Source of the DNA: Actinomycetota bacterium
Lineage (GTDB): Bacteria > Actinomycetota > Actinomycetes > S36-B12 > UBA5976
Direction of reading: 5' to 3'
DNA length: 64,000 bases
NCBI GenBank assembly: GCA_947452765.1
Contig: CANGDR010000001.1
Span: 100,499-164,498, forward strand
The notes under the pieces are model-generated. The model saw only the letters and a list, made by a program, of their open reading frames with translations, did no database searches and had not been told where the DNA came from. Shown one piece after another: positions 38,096 to 48,574 of the stretch (the first letter of the stretch is position 1; every line of letters begins with the position of its first letter). Both the position numbers and the translations under genes were made by a program.

Positions 38096-38863
38096 TTAGT
38101 GAATACCTTCGGCTGCTGCATATGAAGAATCATCTGCAGCACTCTTTAGGCGAGCGATCTTGTAAATTGTCAAGCCAAATAGACACTTGGCAAGTACGTC
38201 TGCAACGGTGTAGCCAATTTGGCGCCCAACGAATGCAGATGCTCCATCAAGACCCAAAACTGGCATCAAGTAGGAGATTGGGTAAACGCCCCAGGTAGCA
38301 ATAAGAAGCAGACGCAAGCGCTTTACGGTTGCGGATACTTCAGCTGGCTGCTTGTCAAGGGACTTGGTTAGCTCTACGAACAATACGTAAAGAATGAAGA
38401 GGAATGGAATTGTGGAAAGTGCGCCCCACAACATCTTCGGACCGTTTTCAGCAGCAACTTCACCTGGGTAACCAAGGATGATCATCAATGCTGAAGCTGG
38501 AACTAGACGAGAAACAAGTGATTTGCGTTCCGCAGTTGGAAGTGCAAGTACTGCAATTGTCTCAAGTAGCAATAGTGGAACAGTTAGTAACCAGTCCACG
38601 TAACGGTAAGCCTCGTTGAATGTTCCGGCGCCGCCGTGAGCTGCAACGAAAGAATCAAATATGCGCCAGTAGTGGTAAAGCGCGATTAAGGTTACTGTTC
38701 CTGAAATTGCAATTGCCTGGCGGTACTTTGGAAGTACCCGCGCCTGGCTGATGTACAAATAAACAGTTGTTGCAAGCATTGATGCAAAGCCCAATGAAAG
38801 CACGTTGTATACCGCAGAATATTGAGTTGCGGTAAGGGTTGTAACGTCATAGATTCCATCCAT
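38096..38863 (-). CDS. actinorhodopsin (xanthorhodopsin-like light-driven proton pump)
   Basis: 255 aa, 7 TM; RYVDWLLTVPLLLLE carries the D-T-E proton acceptor/donor triad; retinal Schiff-base lysine in ADVLAKCLFG; ATWGVYPISY helix F motif. Confidence 0.92.
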   Translation of the reverse strand: MDGIYDVTTLTATQYSAVYNVLSLGFASMLATTVYLYISQARVLPKYRQAIAISGTVTLIALYHYWRIFDSFVAAHGGAGTFNEAYRYVDWLLTVPLLLLETIAVLALPTAERKSLVSRLVPASALMIILGYPGEVAAENGPKMLWGALSTIPFLFILYVLFVELTKSLDKQPAEVSATVKRLRLLLIATWGVYPISYLMPVLGLDGASAFVGRQIGYTVADVLAKCLFGLTIYKIARLKSAADDSSYAAAEGIH

Positions 38864-38873
38864 GAAGTTTGGT

Positions 38874-38891
38874 ACTCCTTAAATAAGGAGT
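38874..38891 (-). promoter_or_regulatory. Shine-Dalgarno-containing perfect palindrome in the actinorhodopsin leader
   Basis: mRNA-sense ACUCCUUA-UU-UAAGGAGU; the 3' arm is the only SD-like sequence (AAGGAG, 11 nt before AUG) and the 5' arm is its exact complement. Confidence 0.45.
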
Positions 38892-39034
38892 TGCCGAGTC
38901 AACTCAGTTAGGCGACTGTCGAGACAGTCAGGTCGTGCGATTCCCATGTTCCTCTCATACAATGGGTTCAGCAACCGCAACACCCAAAAATTTAGTTTAA
39001 TATTTAGTTGAAATTACTTTACGAATTGGCGAAA

Positions 39035-40398
<1,364 letters not shown>

Positions 40399-40402
40399 TT
40401 AG

Positions 40403-40675
40403 TCAGCCGCCAGCAACAGCGGGAAGAACGGTAACTGCATCGCCATCCACGATAGAGGCTTCTAAACTTCCTTTAAAGCGGACATCTTCATCGTTTATGT
40501 AGATGTTCACAAATCGACGAAGGACGCCATCTTCAATTAATCGCCCTGCTATGCCAGGAAATTGCGTATCCAGGTCTGAGATCAATTCGCGCAGATTCGA
40601 TCCAGCCCCCTGAACTGATCGGGCATTGTTTGTATAGCTGCGCAGAATGGTTGGAATGCTTACGTCGACAGACAT
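40403..40675 (-). CDS. cysO: ThiS/MoaD-family sulfur carrier protein CysO
   Basis: 90 aa from the ATG at 40675; MSVDVSIPTILR..., FVNIYINDEDVRF..., C-terminal LPAVAGG closely parallel M. tuberculosis CysO as I recall it. Confidence 0.88.
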   Translation of the reverse strand: MSVDVSIPTILRSYTNNARSVQGAGSNLRELISDLDTQFPGIAGRLIEDGVLRRFVNIYINDEDVRFKGSLEASIVDGDAVTVLPAVAGG

Positions 40676-40787
40676 GGGTTTCGCTTTCAAATTTTTGAGT
40701 ATGACTTAATTGTAAATGAATCGTCCAAATTGTTTACTTTGATAATTGATGCTAACCATTTATTTAAGACAATGTGGAATAAGGATT

Positions 40788-40814
40788 ACTAGTTGCAATA
40801 CATTTGCAACTAGT
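40788..40814. promoter_or_regulatory. 11-bp perfect inverted repeat upstream of cysO / at the stop of the neighbouring membrane-protein gene
   Basis: ACTAGTTGCAA-TACAT-TTGCAACTAGT; no flanking T-tract on either strand. Confidence 0.35.
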
Positions 40815-41199
40815 CTGCTGAAGCAAACCAAGCCCTGACGCTAGGTGAAAGCAAGCAGGCGTACGCAATCAGGTTTATCAAAATTGTGACGATACCCCCA
40901 GGCAACCTAAAAAATCCAAAAGCTATGTTAATTAGCAAAAGCACTTGAAGTATTAGTGGTAAATAAGGTGTTCGGTTTAGGGCTAGAGAGATAAACCAAA
41001 AGTAAAACAATCCCAAAATCATGCATAGTAGGCCGCTAATTAACAGGAACCAAGGCGGGAGTTCAACACTCGAGGAGTTAGCTGTTGGCACCTTACCTAG
41101 GGCCAGCCAGACACCTAGCCCAATGAAAGAGGTGCCACCTAATCCTGCAAGCAAGCAAAGGACTATTACGTTTCTCGGTGGCTTGGCAATTTTGCTCAC
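40810..41199 (-). CDS. hypothetical 4-TM membrane protein
   Basis: 129 aa, four hydrophobic segments, no recognisable motif. Confidence 0.5.
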   Translation of the reverse strand: MSKIAKPPRNVIVLCLLAGLGGTSFIGLGVWLALGKVPTANSSSVELPPWFLLISGLLCMILGLFYFWFISLALNRTPYLPLILQVLLLINIAFGFFRLPGGIVTILINLIAYACLLSPSVRAWFASAD

Positions 41200-41221
41200 T
41201 TGGTCAGATTACTCTTAAGTT

Positions 41222-42007
41222 GTGAATGATCATCCGATTGGCGTTATGGATTCTGGCGTTGGTGGCCTAACTGTTGTGCGCTCGATTCTGGATCAATTAC
41301 CCCATGAGCCTGTTATTTATGTCGGTGATACCGCAAACGGACCATATGGACCCAAACCAATTGCCCAGGTACGAGAACTAGCCCTTGATGTTTTGGATCG
41401 ACTTGTAGAACTTGACGTAAAGATGCTTGTAATCGCCTGTAACTCCGCGAGCGCTGCAATGTTGCGTGATGCCAGAGAAAGATATTCGATTCCGGTAATT
41501 GAAGTTATTCAGCCTGCAGTGCGACGAGCAGTGGGTGCGTCAAAGTCTGGTCGCATTGGAGTTATCGGAACTGACGCGACGGTCAACAGCGGCGCTTATG
41601 ATGACGCATTTGCTGCAGCCCCACACATAGAAGTGATTAGTCAAGCCTGTCCAAAATTTGTTGAGTTTGTAGAAGCAGGTATTACAAATGGTGAAAAGTT
41701 AACCGAAGTAGCTCGCGGATACTTGCAACCGATACTGGATGCAGATGTCGATACTTTGGTGCTTGGCTGCACACACTACCCACTTCTAACTGGCGTAATT
41801 TCGATGCTCGCTGGAGACAACGTGACACTGGTTTCTAGTGCCGAAGAAACTGCCAAAGATGTTTATCGCACTTTGGTAGAAGAGAATTTACTTCGCGATG
41901 CATCGCTACCAGAACCGAAGCATCAATTCCTAGCAACTGGAAAGTCCTTTACTGGCCTTGCTCGCAGATTTCTTGGCCCAGAAGTTTTAGAAGTGGTTTC
42001 TATCTAG
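41222..42007 (+). CDS. murI: glutamate racemase
   Basis: 261 aa; [19 protein letters not shown] and GCTHYP catalytic-Cys motifs. Confidence 0.92.
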   Translation: MNDHPIGVMDSGVGGLTVVRSILDQLPHEPVIYVGDTANGPYGPKPIAQVRELALDVLDRLVELDVKMLVIACNSASAAMLRDARERYSIPVIEVIQPAVRRAVGASKSGRIGVIGTDATVNSGAYDDAFAAAPHIEVISQACPKFVEFVEAGITNGEKLTEVARGYLQPILDADVDTLVLGCTHYPLLTGVISMLAGDNVTLVSSAEETAKDVYRTLVEENLLRDASLPEPKHQFLATGKSFTGLARRFLGPEVLEVVSI

Positions 42008-42038
42008 TCTCAATTGGTATTGCAATAGAGTCAGAGAT

Positions 42039-42776
42039 GTGAATCTTAGATCTGATGGTCGCACTGCTGACCAACTTCGTAATGTTAGTTTCAGCCGCCA
42101 GTGGCTTGATCATGCCGAAGGAAGCGTACTCGTTGAGTTTGGAGCTACGCGAGTGCTTTGCGCGGTTTCTTTCACCGAAGGCGTACCGCGTTGGAAGAAG
42201 GGCAGTGGCGAAGGTTGGCTCACAGCTGAATACTCAATGTTGCCTAGAGCCACGCATACCCGCAATGATCGGGAAAGCGTAAAAGGCAAACTTGGGGGTC
42301 GTACCCATGAAATCTCTCGCCTTATTGGCCGAAGTTTGAGATCAGTTATCGACTTATCGTCTTTGGGTGAAAACACAATTATGATCGACTGCGATGTCCT
42401 GCAGGCGGATGGCGGTACCCGCACCGCAGCAATTACTGGTGCATATGTTGCGGTGGCCGACGCCGTTTCCTGGGCACGTTCGCAAGGCTTAGTTAAAAAA
42501 GATGCAATTGTGCTTCGCGACTCCGTTGCTGCAGTTTCCGTGGGAATTGTCGATGGCAAGCCATGCCTCGATCTGCACTATGACGACGATGTTCGTGCCG
42601 ATACCGACATGAATGTTGTCATGACTGGTTCTGGAGCGTTTGTAGAAGTGCAGGGAACAGCGGAACGGGAACCATTTGATAGAGGTCTATTAAATGAGTT
42701 ACTTGATCTCGCCACAATCGGTTGCGTCGAACTAACTGGAATGCAATCACAGGCCCTTGCTAAGGAATTGAGCTAA
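42039..42776 (+). CDS. rph: ribonuclease PH
   Basis: 245 aa; [12 protein letters not shown]-terminus, [26 protein letters not shown] motifs. Confidence 0.93.
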   Translation: MNLRSDGRTADQLRNVSFSRQWLDHAEGSVLVEFGATRVLCAVSFTEGVPRWKKGSGEGWLTAEYSMLPRATHTRNDRESVKGKLGGRTHEISRLIGRSLRSVIDLSSLGENTIMIDCDVLQADGGTRTAAITGAYVAVADAVSWARSQGLVKKDAIVLRDSVAAVSVGIVDGKPCLDLHYDDDVRADTDMNVVMTGSGAFVEVQGTAEREPFDRGLLNELLDLATIGCVELTGMQSQALAKELS

Positions 42777-42781
42777 CTAAG

Positions 42782-43384
42782 GTGGTTGCTCAGTTCGTGC
42801 TTGCAACTCGGAATGCTCACAAAGCAGAAGAGTTGACGCGCATTTTGGAATCTTTTGATCTAGCCGTGGAATTAAAACTTGTTTCAGACTTTCCAGGAGC
42901 CCCTGAGGTGGAAGAAACTGAAGATTCATTTTCAGGAAATGCACTGTTAAAAGCACGGGCACTTTGTAGGTTCACTGGGCTGCCGGCGATTGCCGATGAC
43001 TCCGGAATTTGTGTAGATGCTTTAGGTGGAAATCCAGGCGTACTATCTGCGCGCTGGTCCGGCGCCACCGAAAATGTAGATACTTCAAATCTCGAATTGG
43101 TACTCCAGCAGACTGCAGATGTTCCTGAGGCTAAACGTGGAGCCCAATTCGTTTGCGCAGCCGTTGTAGTTTTCCCTGATGGCACCGAGTTGATTTCACA
43201 AGGAGAAATGCCAGGCAGGATTTTAATAGCGCCGCAAGGCAAAAATGGATTTGGCTATGATCCGATTTTTGTGCCAGTTGGATTTACTAAAACTACGGCA
43301 GAGATGACTTCAGCTGAGAAAGATTCAATCAGTCATCGCGGAATTGCACTGAGAAATTTAGCGGAACAACTCAAGGGGAAGTAA
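42782..43384 (+). CDS. rdgB: non-canonical purine NTP pyrophosphatase (RdgB/HAM1)
   Basis: 200 aa; ATRNAHKAEE, ADDSG, GFGYDPIF and SHRG motifs. Confidence 0.9.
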   Translation: MVAQFVLATRNAHKAEELTRILESFDLAVELKLVSDFPGAPEVEETEDSFSGNALLKARALCRFTGLPAIADDSGICVDALGGNPGVLSARWSGATENVDTSNLELVLQQTADVPEAKRGAQFVCAAVVVFPDGTELISQGEMPGRILIAPQGKNGFGYDPIFVPVGFTKTTAEMTSAEKDSISHRGIALRNLAEQLKGK

Positions 43385-46170
43385 TGGAATCAACGCAAGG
43401 TCGTAGGTCACTTTCAACTGGCCGAGTTGTATTCATTGTTATTGCAGCTGCCGCGCCGATGGCGGCGATGGTGGGAAACGTCCCGATCGGATTAATGTAT
43501 GGAAATGGAGCGGCACTTCCAGTCGCGTTTGTGATCGCCCTTGGAGTACTTCTGTGTTTCTCAATTGGGTACGCGCAAATGAGTCGCAGAGTTGTAAATT
43601 CTGGTGCTTTCTACACCTATGTAGCTCGAGCACTCGGTAAGCCGTTAGGAGTAGGAGCTGCTTACGTAGCGCTTACTGCATACACCGCGATGGCGATCGG
43701 CTTATCTGGCGGCTTTGGCTACTTCATGGAACAGCTGGTAGTTGGAGCAGGTGGACCAGACATCTCTTGGTTCGTATTTACCGGAATTGGCATTGTGGTT
43801 GTAGGGCTTCTCGGATTCCGCAGCATTGACTTATCTTCCAAAGTACTTGGCGTATTGATGGTTGCAGAGTTTGCAACTCTCACTTTGTTCGCTTTCCTGG
43901 TAATCGGATCAAAGCAATTGAGCGCTTTCCCGCTTGAATCTTTCAGCAGAGGTGAAATTACCTCAGGTCCAATCGGAATTGCCCTGATCATTGCTTTTAC
44001 AAGCTTCATTGGCTTTGAATCGGCTGCGCTTTATGGCGAGGAAACTAAGGATCCAGAACGAAGCATTCCGAAAGCTACATACATCGCTGTGTCGACCGTC
44101 GGAGTCTTTTATATTTTTATTAGCTGGGTCATTGTGGGAGCAGCTGGCGCAGCAAACGTGCGTGCAGATGCTGCAGCTGGTGGTGGGGAATTTGTCCTTA
44201 ATTTGATAAACCAGTACGGCGGTGAGCTCACATACAGTGTTGCAGCGGTATTTCTTTGCACTAGCGTTCTGGCAAGTTATTCAGCATTGCACAATGCTGC
44301 AAGCCGCTATTTGTTCGCGCTAGGGCGAGAGTCCATCATGCCCCAAATATTTGGTAAGTATCATCCTGAATTTTTCAGCCCACACATTGCCAGCATTGCC
44401 GTCACTTCAGTTACTACCCTGATTGCCACAGGATTTGCAATTAGTGGCGTTGATCCATACAAAACTTTTGCAGCGAGTTTTATTGGCATGGGAACGCTTG
44501 GTATTGTGGCCCTACAGGCTGCTGCATCATTGTCTGTGGTTGCGTTTTTCCGAAAGCGCCGTGATGGAAAAATCTGGCAAACAACAATTGCACCCTTAAT
44601 CGGATTCCTTGGGCTCACTAGTGCATTCTTCTTAGCGGCAACCAATTATGAAATCTTGACGGGTACAAATAACCAGCTGGTCAATGTAGCACCATATTCA
44701 CTTTTGCTAGTTGGGCTGATCGGTGTCATTAAGGGGCTACAGCTTCGCAAGAAGCAACCTGCAATTTATGCCCGACTCGCTTCCTCGCAGCTTCGGGGTA
44801 AGCGCCGAACAACTGAGGATCATCCAAAAATTAATTACACCCGAACTTATTGCTTAGTTGGCGCCGGCCCAGCCGGACTAGTTATGGCACGAGCGCTAAC
44901 CCATGAGGGAGTTAACTTTGAATGGTACGAGCGCCACAGTGATGTCGGTGGAATTTGGGATGTAGAAAATCCGGGATCACCAATGTACGAGAGCGCACAT
45001 TTCATTAGCTCTAAGTACACAAGTGGGTTCATTGGTCACCCAATGCCAACGAGCTACCCGGACTATCCGACGTGGCGGCAAATTCGTGATTACATTCGCA
45101 GCTTTGCCAGGACTTTTGGATTAATAGAAAAGGTTCAACTAAATACCGCCTTGGTGCGATCGACCCCTATTTCGAATGACCGTTGGGAAGTCGAGCTTTC
45201 CAACGGAACAGTGCGAGAGTTTGACGGGCTAATCGTTGCAACTGGAACTAACTGGCATGCGAATATTCCAGAATTCGAAGGTGTCAAAGAATTTAAAGGG
45301 ACCATTTCCCATTCTGTGGAATTCAAGGATGGCGAAGACTTAAAAGGTAAGCGTGTTCTAGTTGTTGGAGCGGGAAATTCGGGAGTCGATATTGCCTGTG
45401 ATGCTGCGCGAAATGCGGAAACTGCTTTCTTGTCGGTTCGACGCGGATATCGTTACATCCCTAAACATATTTTCGGTCTGCCAACTGATGCATTGCTGTC
45501 TGGATTAATTGATCCACCCAAGGGCGTCTCACTTGGCGGGGATGCCAACAAGCTCATTGATACATTGGTTGGGGACCTAACGCGACTAGGTTTGCCTGCC
45601 CCAGACCACGATGTTTTGTCTAGTCACCCAATTATGAATACCCAAGTGCTGCATCATTTGGCCCACGGAGATTTGATTGCAAAGTCCGACATTGAGCGCT
45701 TTACTCAGAGCGGCGTCGATTTCACTGATGGTTCGCACGAAGATATTGACCAGGTGATTTTGGCAACTGGCTATAACTACTCGGTACCGTTCCTAGATCC
45801 AAGTGCGGTGAATTGGACTAATGGCAGACCAGATCTTTATTTGCGACTATTTTCTAGGCAGTCACCAACGTTATTCTTCATCGGCTTCGCAGAATTTGCA
45901 GATGCAGCCTACAAAAGGTTTGAGGATATGGCGCAGTTGATTTTGATGGACATCAGGATGCGGGAAACTGGCGAACATTTTCCTGAATGGTCCGAAATGA
46001 AACGATCTGACAATCCTGATCTCTCGGGTGGACACGATTACATCGAAAGTAATCGCCACACCAACTACATTGATGTCACAACTTATCGTGAGTATTTATC
46101 CCAGTTAACGGATCAGTTTGAGTTCACGACGGTGGATGATGGAACTTATGCGGAAATGATTCGCAATTAG
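43384..46170 (+). CDS. fusion protein: APC-superfamily permease (N) + flavin-containing monooxygenase (C)
   Basis: 928-aa uninterrupted ORF. Residues ~1-470 are polytopic with the APC-like FIGFESAALYGEETKDPERSIPKA motif. Residues ~485-928 carry VGAGPAGL, DVGGIW, FKGTISHSVEF (FxGxxxHxxxF), VGAGNSGVD and LATGY. Confidence 0.8.
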   Translation: MESTQGRRSLSTGRVVFIVIAAAAPMAAMVGNVPIGLMYGNGAALPVAFVIALGVLLCFSIGYAQMSRRVVNSGAFYTYVARALGKPLGVGAAYVALTAYTAMAIGLSGGFGYFMEQLVVGAGGPDISWFVFTGIGIVVVGLLGFRSIDLSSKVLGVLMVAEFATLTLFAFLVIGSKQLSAFPLESFSRGEITSGPIGIALIIAFTSFIGFESAALYGEETKDPERSIPKATYIAVSTVGVFYIFISWVIVGAAGAANVRADAAAGGGEFVLNLINQYGGELTYSVAAVFLCTSVLASYSALHNAASRYLFALGRESIMPQIFGKYHPEFFSPHIASIAVTSVTTLIATGFAISGVDPYKTFAASFIGMGTLGIVALQAAASLSVVAFFRKRRDGKIWQTTIAPLIGFLGLTSAFFLAATNYEILTGTNNQLVNVAPYSLLLVGLIGVIKGLQLRKKQPAIYARLASSQLRGKRRTTEDHPKINYTRTYCLVGAGPAGLVMARALTHEGVNFEWYERHSDVGGIWDVENPGSPMYESAHFISSKYTSGFIGHPMPTSYPDYPTWRQIRDYIRSFARTFGLIEKVQLNTALVRSTPISNDRWEVELSNGTVREFDGLIVATGTNWHANIPEFEGVKEFKGTISHSVEFKDGEDLKGKRVLVVGAGNSGVDIACDAARNAETAFLSVRRGYRYIPKHIFGLPTDALLSGLIDPPKGVSLGGDANKLIDTLVGDLTRLGLPAPDHDVLSSHPIMNTQVLHHLAHGDLIAKSDIERFTQSGVDFTDGSHEDIDQVILATGYNYSVPFLDPSAVNWTNGRPDLYLRLFSRQSPTLFFIGFAEFADAAYKRFEDMAQLILMDIRMRETGEHFPEWSEMKRSDNPDLSGGHDYIESNRHTNYIDVTTYREYLSQLTDQFEFTTVDDGTYAEMIRN

Positions 46171-47046
46171 CTAGTCGTCTTCGGTAAGAACCCAAGTGTC
46201 GCCAACTTGTCGAGCGATTCCTCGTTTCTCAAGATCTTTTAGATATTTAACGTGCCCTCGGTTGCCACGACCCCGGAAGAGCGGCATCAATTTTGGCAAA
46301 GCGTTTGGAGCGAGCATCGCGCCACGTACCAACCAAGATTCACTTGGCTTTGGATAGCGCTCGAATTTTGGTTTATCCAGCATCTTGTTGAAGCTTTTAA
46401 CAACTGCATCTGTTTTTTGTGGCGGATCCATAAACTGCAATGAATTGCCACCTTCGACTGCCTCTCGGTGCAACATCGGAGTGTCTGTGGCAGACGGCAT
46501 TACGGCTCCCATAGTGATGCCTTTAGCGGCAAGGTCCATACCAATCGAAAGTATCGCGCCGCGTAAACCGAATTTAGACGCCGTATACATAGGCGTTTCA
46601 CCAAGCGGAAAAATGCCTCCGAGTGAAACGGTAGCGATAACTCTCGGATCCTTGGATTTATGAAGCAATGGGATCGCTTGGCGAATTAGCACGAGCGGGG
46701 AAACCAAGTTGATGTCGAGTTCGAGCTCGATACTTTCGACCGATCGTACGTCAAATCGATCTGTAGTAGTGATTGCCGCATTGGGAATTAAGACATCGAT
46801 TCGGCCATACTTATTTTCAATTTCCTGAATTACAGACTTTATTATTTGCCGATCAGTTAAGTCTCCTGAAAGCGCAGTGTGACTTCCAGCTGGCAAACTT
46901 GAAACCAGTGCTTCGACCCGTTCTTTATTTAGATCTATGGCAACGATGTTTGCGCCTTTTTTTGCAAAGTCGCGAGCCAGGTGCGAGCCGATACCGCCAG
47001 CTCCACCAGTAATTACAATTACTTGATCTTTAAAGTCATAAACCAT
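46171..47046 (-). CDS. SDR-family oxidoreductase
   Basis: 291 aa; TGGAGGIG, NAA(I), YTASK; its stop codon abuts the stop of the convergent fusion gene (TAGCTA). Confidence 0.8.
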   Translation of the reverse strand: MVYDFKDQVIVITGGAGGIGSHLARDFAKKGANIVAIDLNKERVEALVSSLPAGSHTALSGDLTDRQIIKSVIQEIENKYGRIDVLIPNAAITTTDRFDVRSVESIELELDINLVSPLVLIRQAIPLLHKSKDPRVIATVSLGGIFPLGETPMYTASKFGLRGAILSIGMDLAAKGITMGAVMPSATDTPMLHREAVEGGNSLQFMDPPQKTDAVVKSFNKMLDKPKFERYPKPSESWLVRGAMLAPNALPKLMPLFRGRGNRGHVKYLKDLEKRGIARQVGDTWVLTEDD

Positions 47047-47083
47047 TCATTTATTCTGCTCTGCTAAATCTTGTTTGTCAGGC

Positions 47084-47098
47084 TTCTGTCAGGCAAAT
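47084..47098. repeat. 15-nt direct repeat copy 1 (TTCTGTCAGGCAAAT)
   Basis: Exact copy of 47232-47246; the two copies bracket tRNA-Leu and its terminator. Confidence 0.7.
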
Positions 47099-47125
47099 AA
47101 AAAAAGGAACCGATAATCGGTTCCT
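47099..47125 (-). terminator. rho-independent terminator of tRNA-Leu
   Basis: Minus-strand sense AGGAACCGA-UUA-UCGGUUCC followed by UUUUUUU. Confidence 0.65.
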
Positions 47126-47134
47126 AATTGTTAA

Positions 47135-47219
47135 TGGTGCGGGAGGGGGGACTTGAACCCCCACACCCGAAGGCGCCAGATCCTAAATCTGGTGCGTCTG
47201 CCAATTCCGCCACTCCCGC
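47135..47219 (-). tRNA. tRNA-Leu (anticodon UAG), CCA encoded
   Basis: Reverse complement GCGGGAG...CCAGA-TTTAGGA-TCTGG...long variable arm...GGGGGTTCAAGTCCCCC-CTCCCGC-ACCA folds as a class II cloverleaf. Confidence 0.93.
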
Positions 47220-47231
47220 ACGTGGGCTCTA

Positions 47232-47246
47232 TTCTGTCAGGCAAAT
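47232..47246. repeat. 15-nt direct repeat copy 2 (TTCTGTCAGGCAAAT)
   Basis: Exact copy of 47084-47098; lies 13-27 nt upstream (minus-sense) of the tRNA-Leu 5' end. Confidence 0.7.
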
Positions 47247-47280
47247 CGCTTAATTTCATAATCGAGTTTCAGGGGGGATC

Positions 47281-48492
47281 TCATTCGCTCGGCATTAATT
47301 CTTCGATTGCAAGTTCTGTTAGGTGCGGAGACTTTCCCAAGACAAAGAAGCCAATTGCCATGACGCCAGCCGCTAGCCCAGCAATAGTCATAGGAGCGGA
47401 TCCTGATCCCTTCCCAGCGCCCCATAGCGCACCTGCCCAGAGTCCAGCGAACAAAATGGCAAAGCCTGAGAGTGATTGAAAAACCCCTTGTGCGCGACCG
47501 TGGGACTGCTTTGGAACCACGGATGAAACCATAGATTTTCCGATGCCATCGGTCAGGGCTGGGAAGAATCCGTAGAGTGCTACAACTAGGTACATCAAAA
47601 TTCCCGGCCTAGAAAGCTGGCCCAGGGTTACATAGCTAACAGCAAAAGCCGCCAATCCAATTGCATAAATTTTATGCGGCGAGATGTTCTCAGCCAGAAT
47701 TCCTGCTGGGTATGCGGCCAGTGTGTACACGATATTAAAAGCGATGTATGCAAGCACTACATGTGTGGTGGATGTACCTAATTGGAATAGCCGAAGCAGC
47801 AGCAAGGTATCCGGCAAATTAGTTAGCGCGAAAAGTATGAAAGGCACGGAGGTTGCCCAAAAGGAATTTGGTAACTTCAGTTTTGTTGTTAGCGATTTCG
47901 GGTTTTCTGTCCGAGGCTGCTTTACTTCTTTGATAAAAAATGTCAGTCCAATTGATAAAACGGCGGGAACTATTGCCCACCACATCACAGCACGGATATT
48001 TCCATTCAGTACGGATAGTCCAATTAGAGCTATAACGGGGCCAATTACAGCGCCTAATGTATCTGCACTCCGATGAAAACCGTACGCGCGAGAGTAATGT
48101 TCTGGCTCCACACTATTCGTGATCATGGCGTCTCTTGGTGCCGAACGGATTCCTTTACCAAGCCGATCTATAACTCGGCCAAGCAACACAGTTGGCCAGA
48201 TCACCGATGAAGCTACGAGAATCTTGCCAACCCCAGCTAATCCGTATCCAGCGGTTATGAACTGTTTGCGCCCTCTGGAATCTGAGGCTTTGCCGGCAAA
48301 GTATTTTGAAACCCCCATAGCAACTTCCGCACAGCCTTCAACTGCACCCAAGACAATTGCAGGTGCAACCAAAACTCCAGTTAGAAAAAGTGGCATTAGG
48401 GGATACATGATTTCGCTAGCAGCATCTTGCATTAGTGAAATCAAACTAAGAACAATTAAGTTTCGCGTGAGCCAAATACTTTTTGGTTTCAT
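47281..48492 (-). CDS. MFS transporter
   Basis: 403 aa, 12 TM segments, DRLGKG-type loop motif (VIDRLGKGIR). Confidence 0.8.
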   Translation of the reverse strand: MKPKSIWLTRNLIVLSLISLMQDAASEIMYPLMPLFLTGVLVAPAIVLGAVEGCAEVAMGVSKYFAGKASDSRGRKQFITAGYGLAGVGKILVASSVIWPTVLLGRVIDRLGKGIRSAPRDAMITNSVEPEHYSRAYGFHRSADTLGAVIGPVIALIGLSVLNGNIRAVMWWAIVPAVLSIGLTFFIKEVKQPRTENPKSLTTKLKLPNSFWATSVPFILFALTNLPDTLLLLRLFQLGTSTTHVVLAYIAFNIVYTLAAYPAGILAENISPHKIYAIGLAAFAVSYVTLGQLSRPGILMYLVVALYGFFPALTDGIGKSMVSSVVPKQSHGRAQGVFQSLSGFAILFAGLWAGALWGAGKGSGSAPMTIAGLAAGVMAIGFFVLGKSPHLTELAIEELMPSE

Positions 48493-48574
48493 GACAAAGC
48501 AGCCTTAAGTTCATTGCAAAGTTTGGCTGAACAATCAGAATCCATATCCCTAATGGTATGGCAAATAAAAACTT

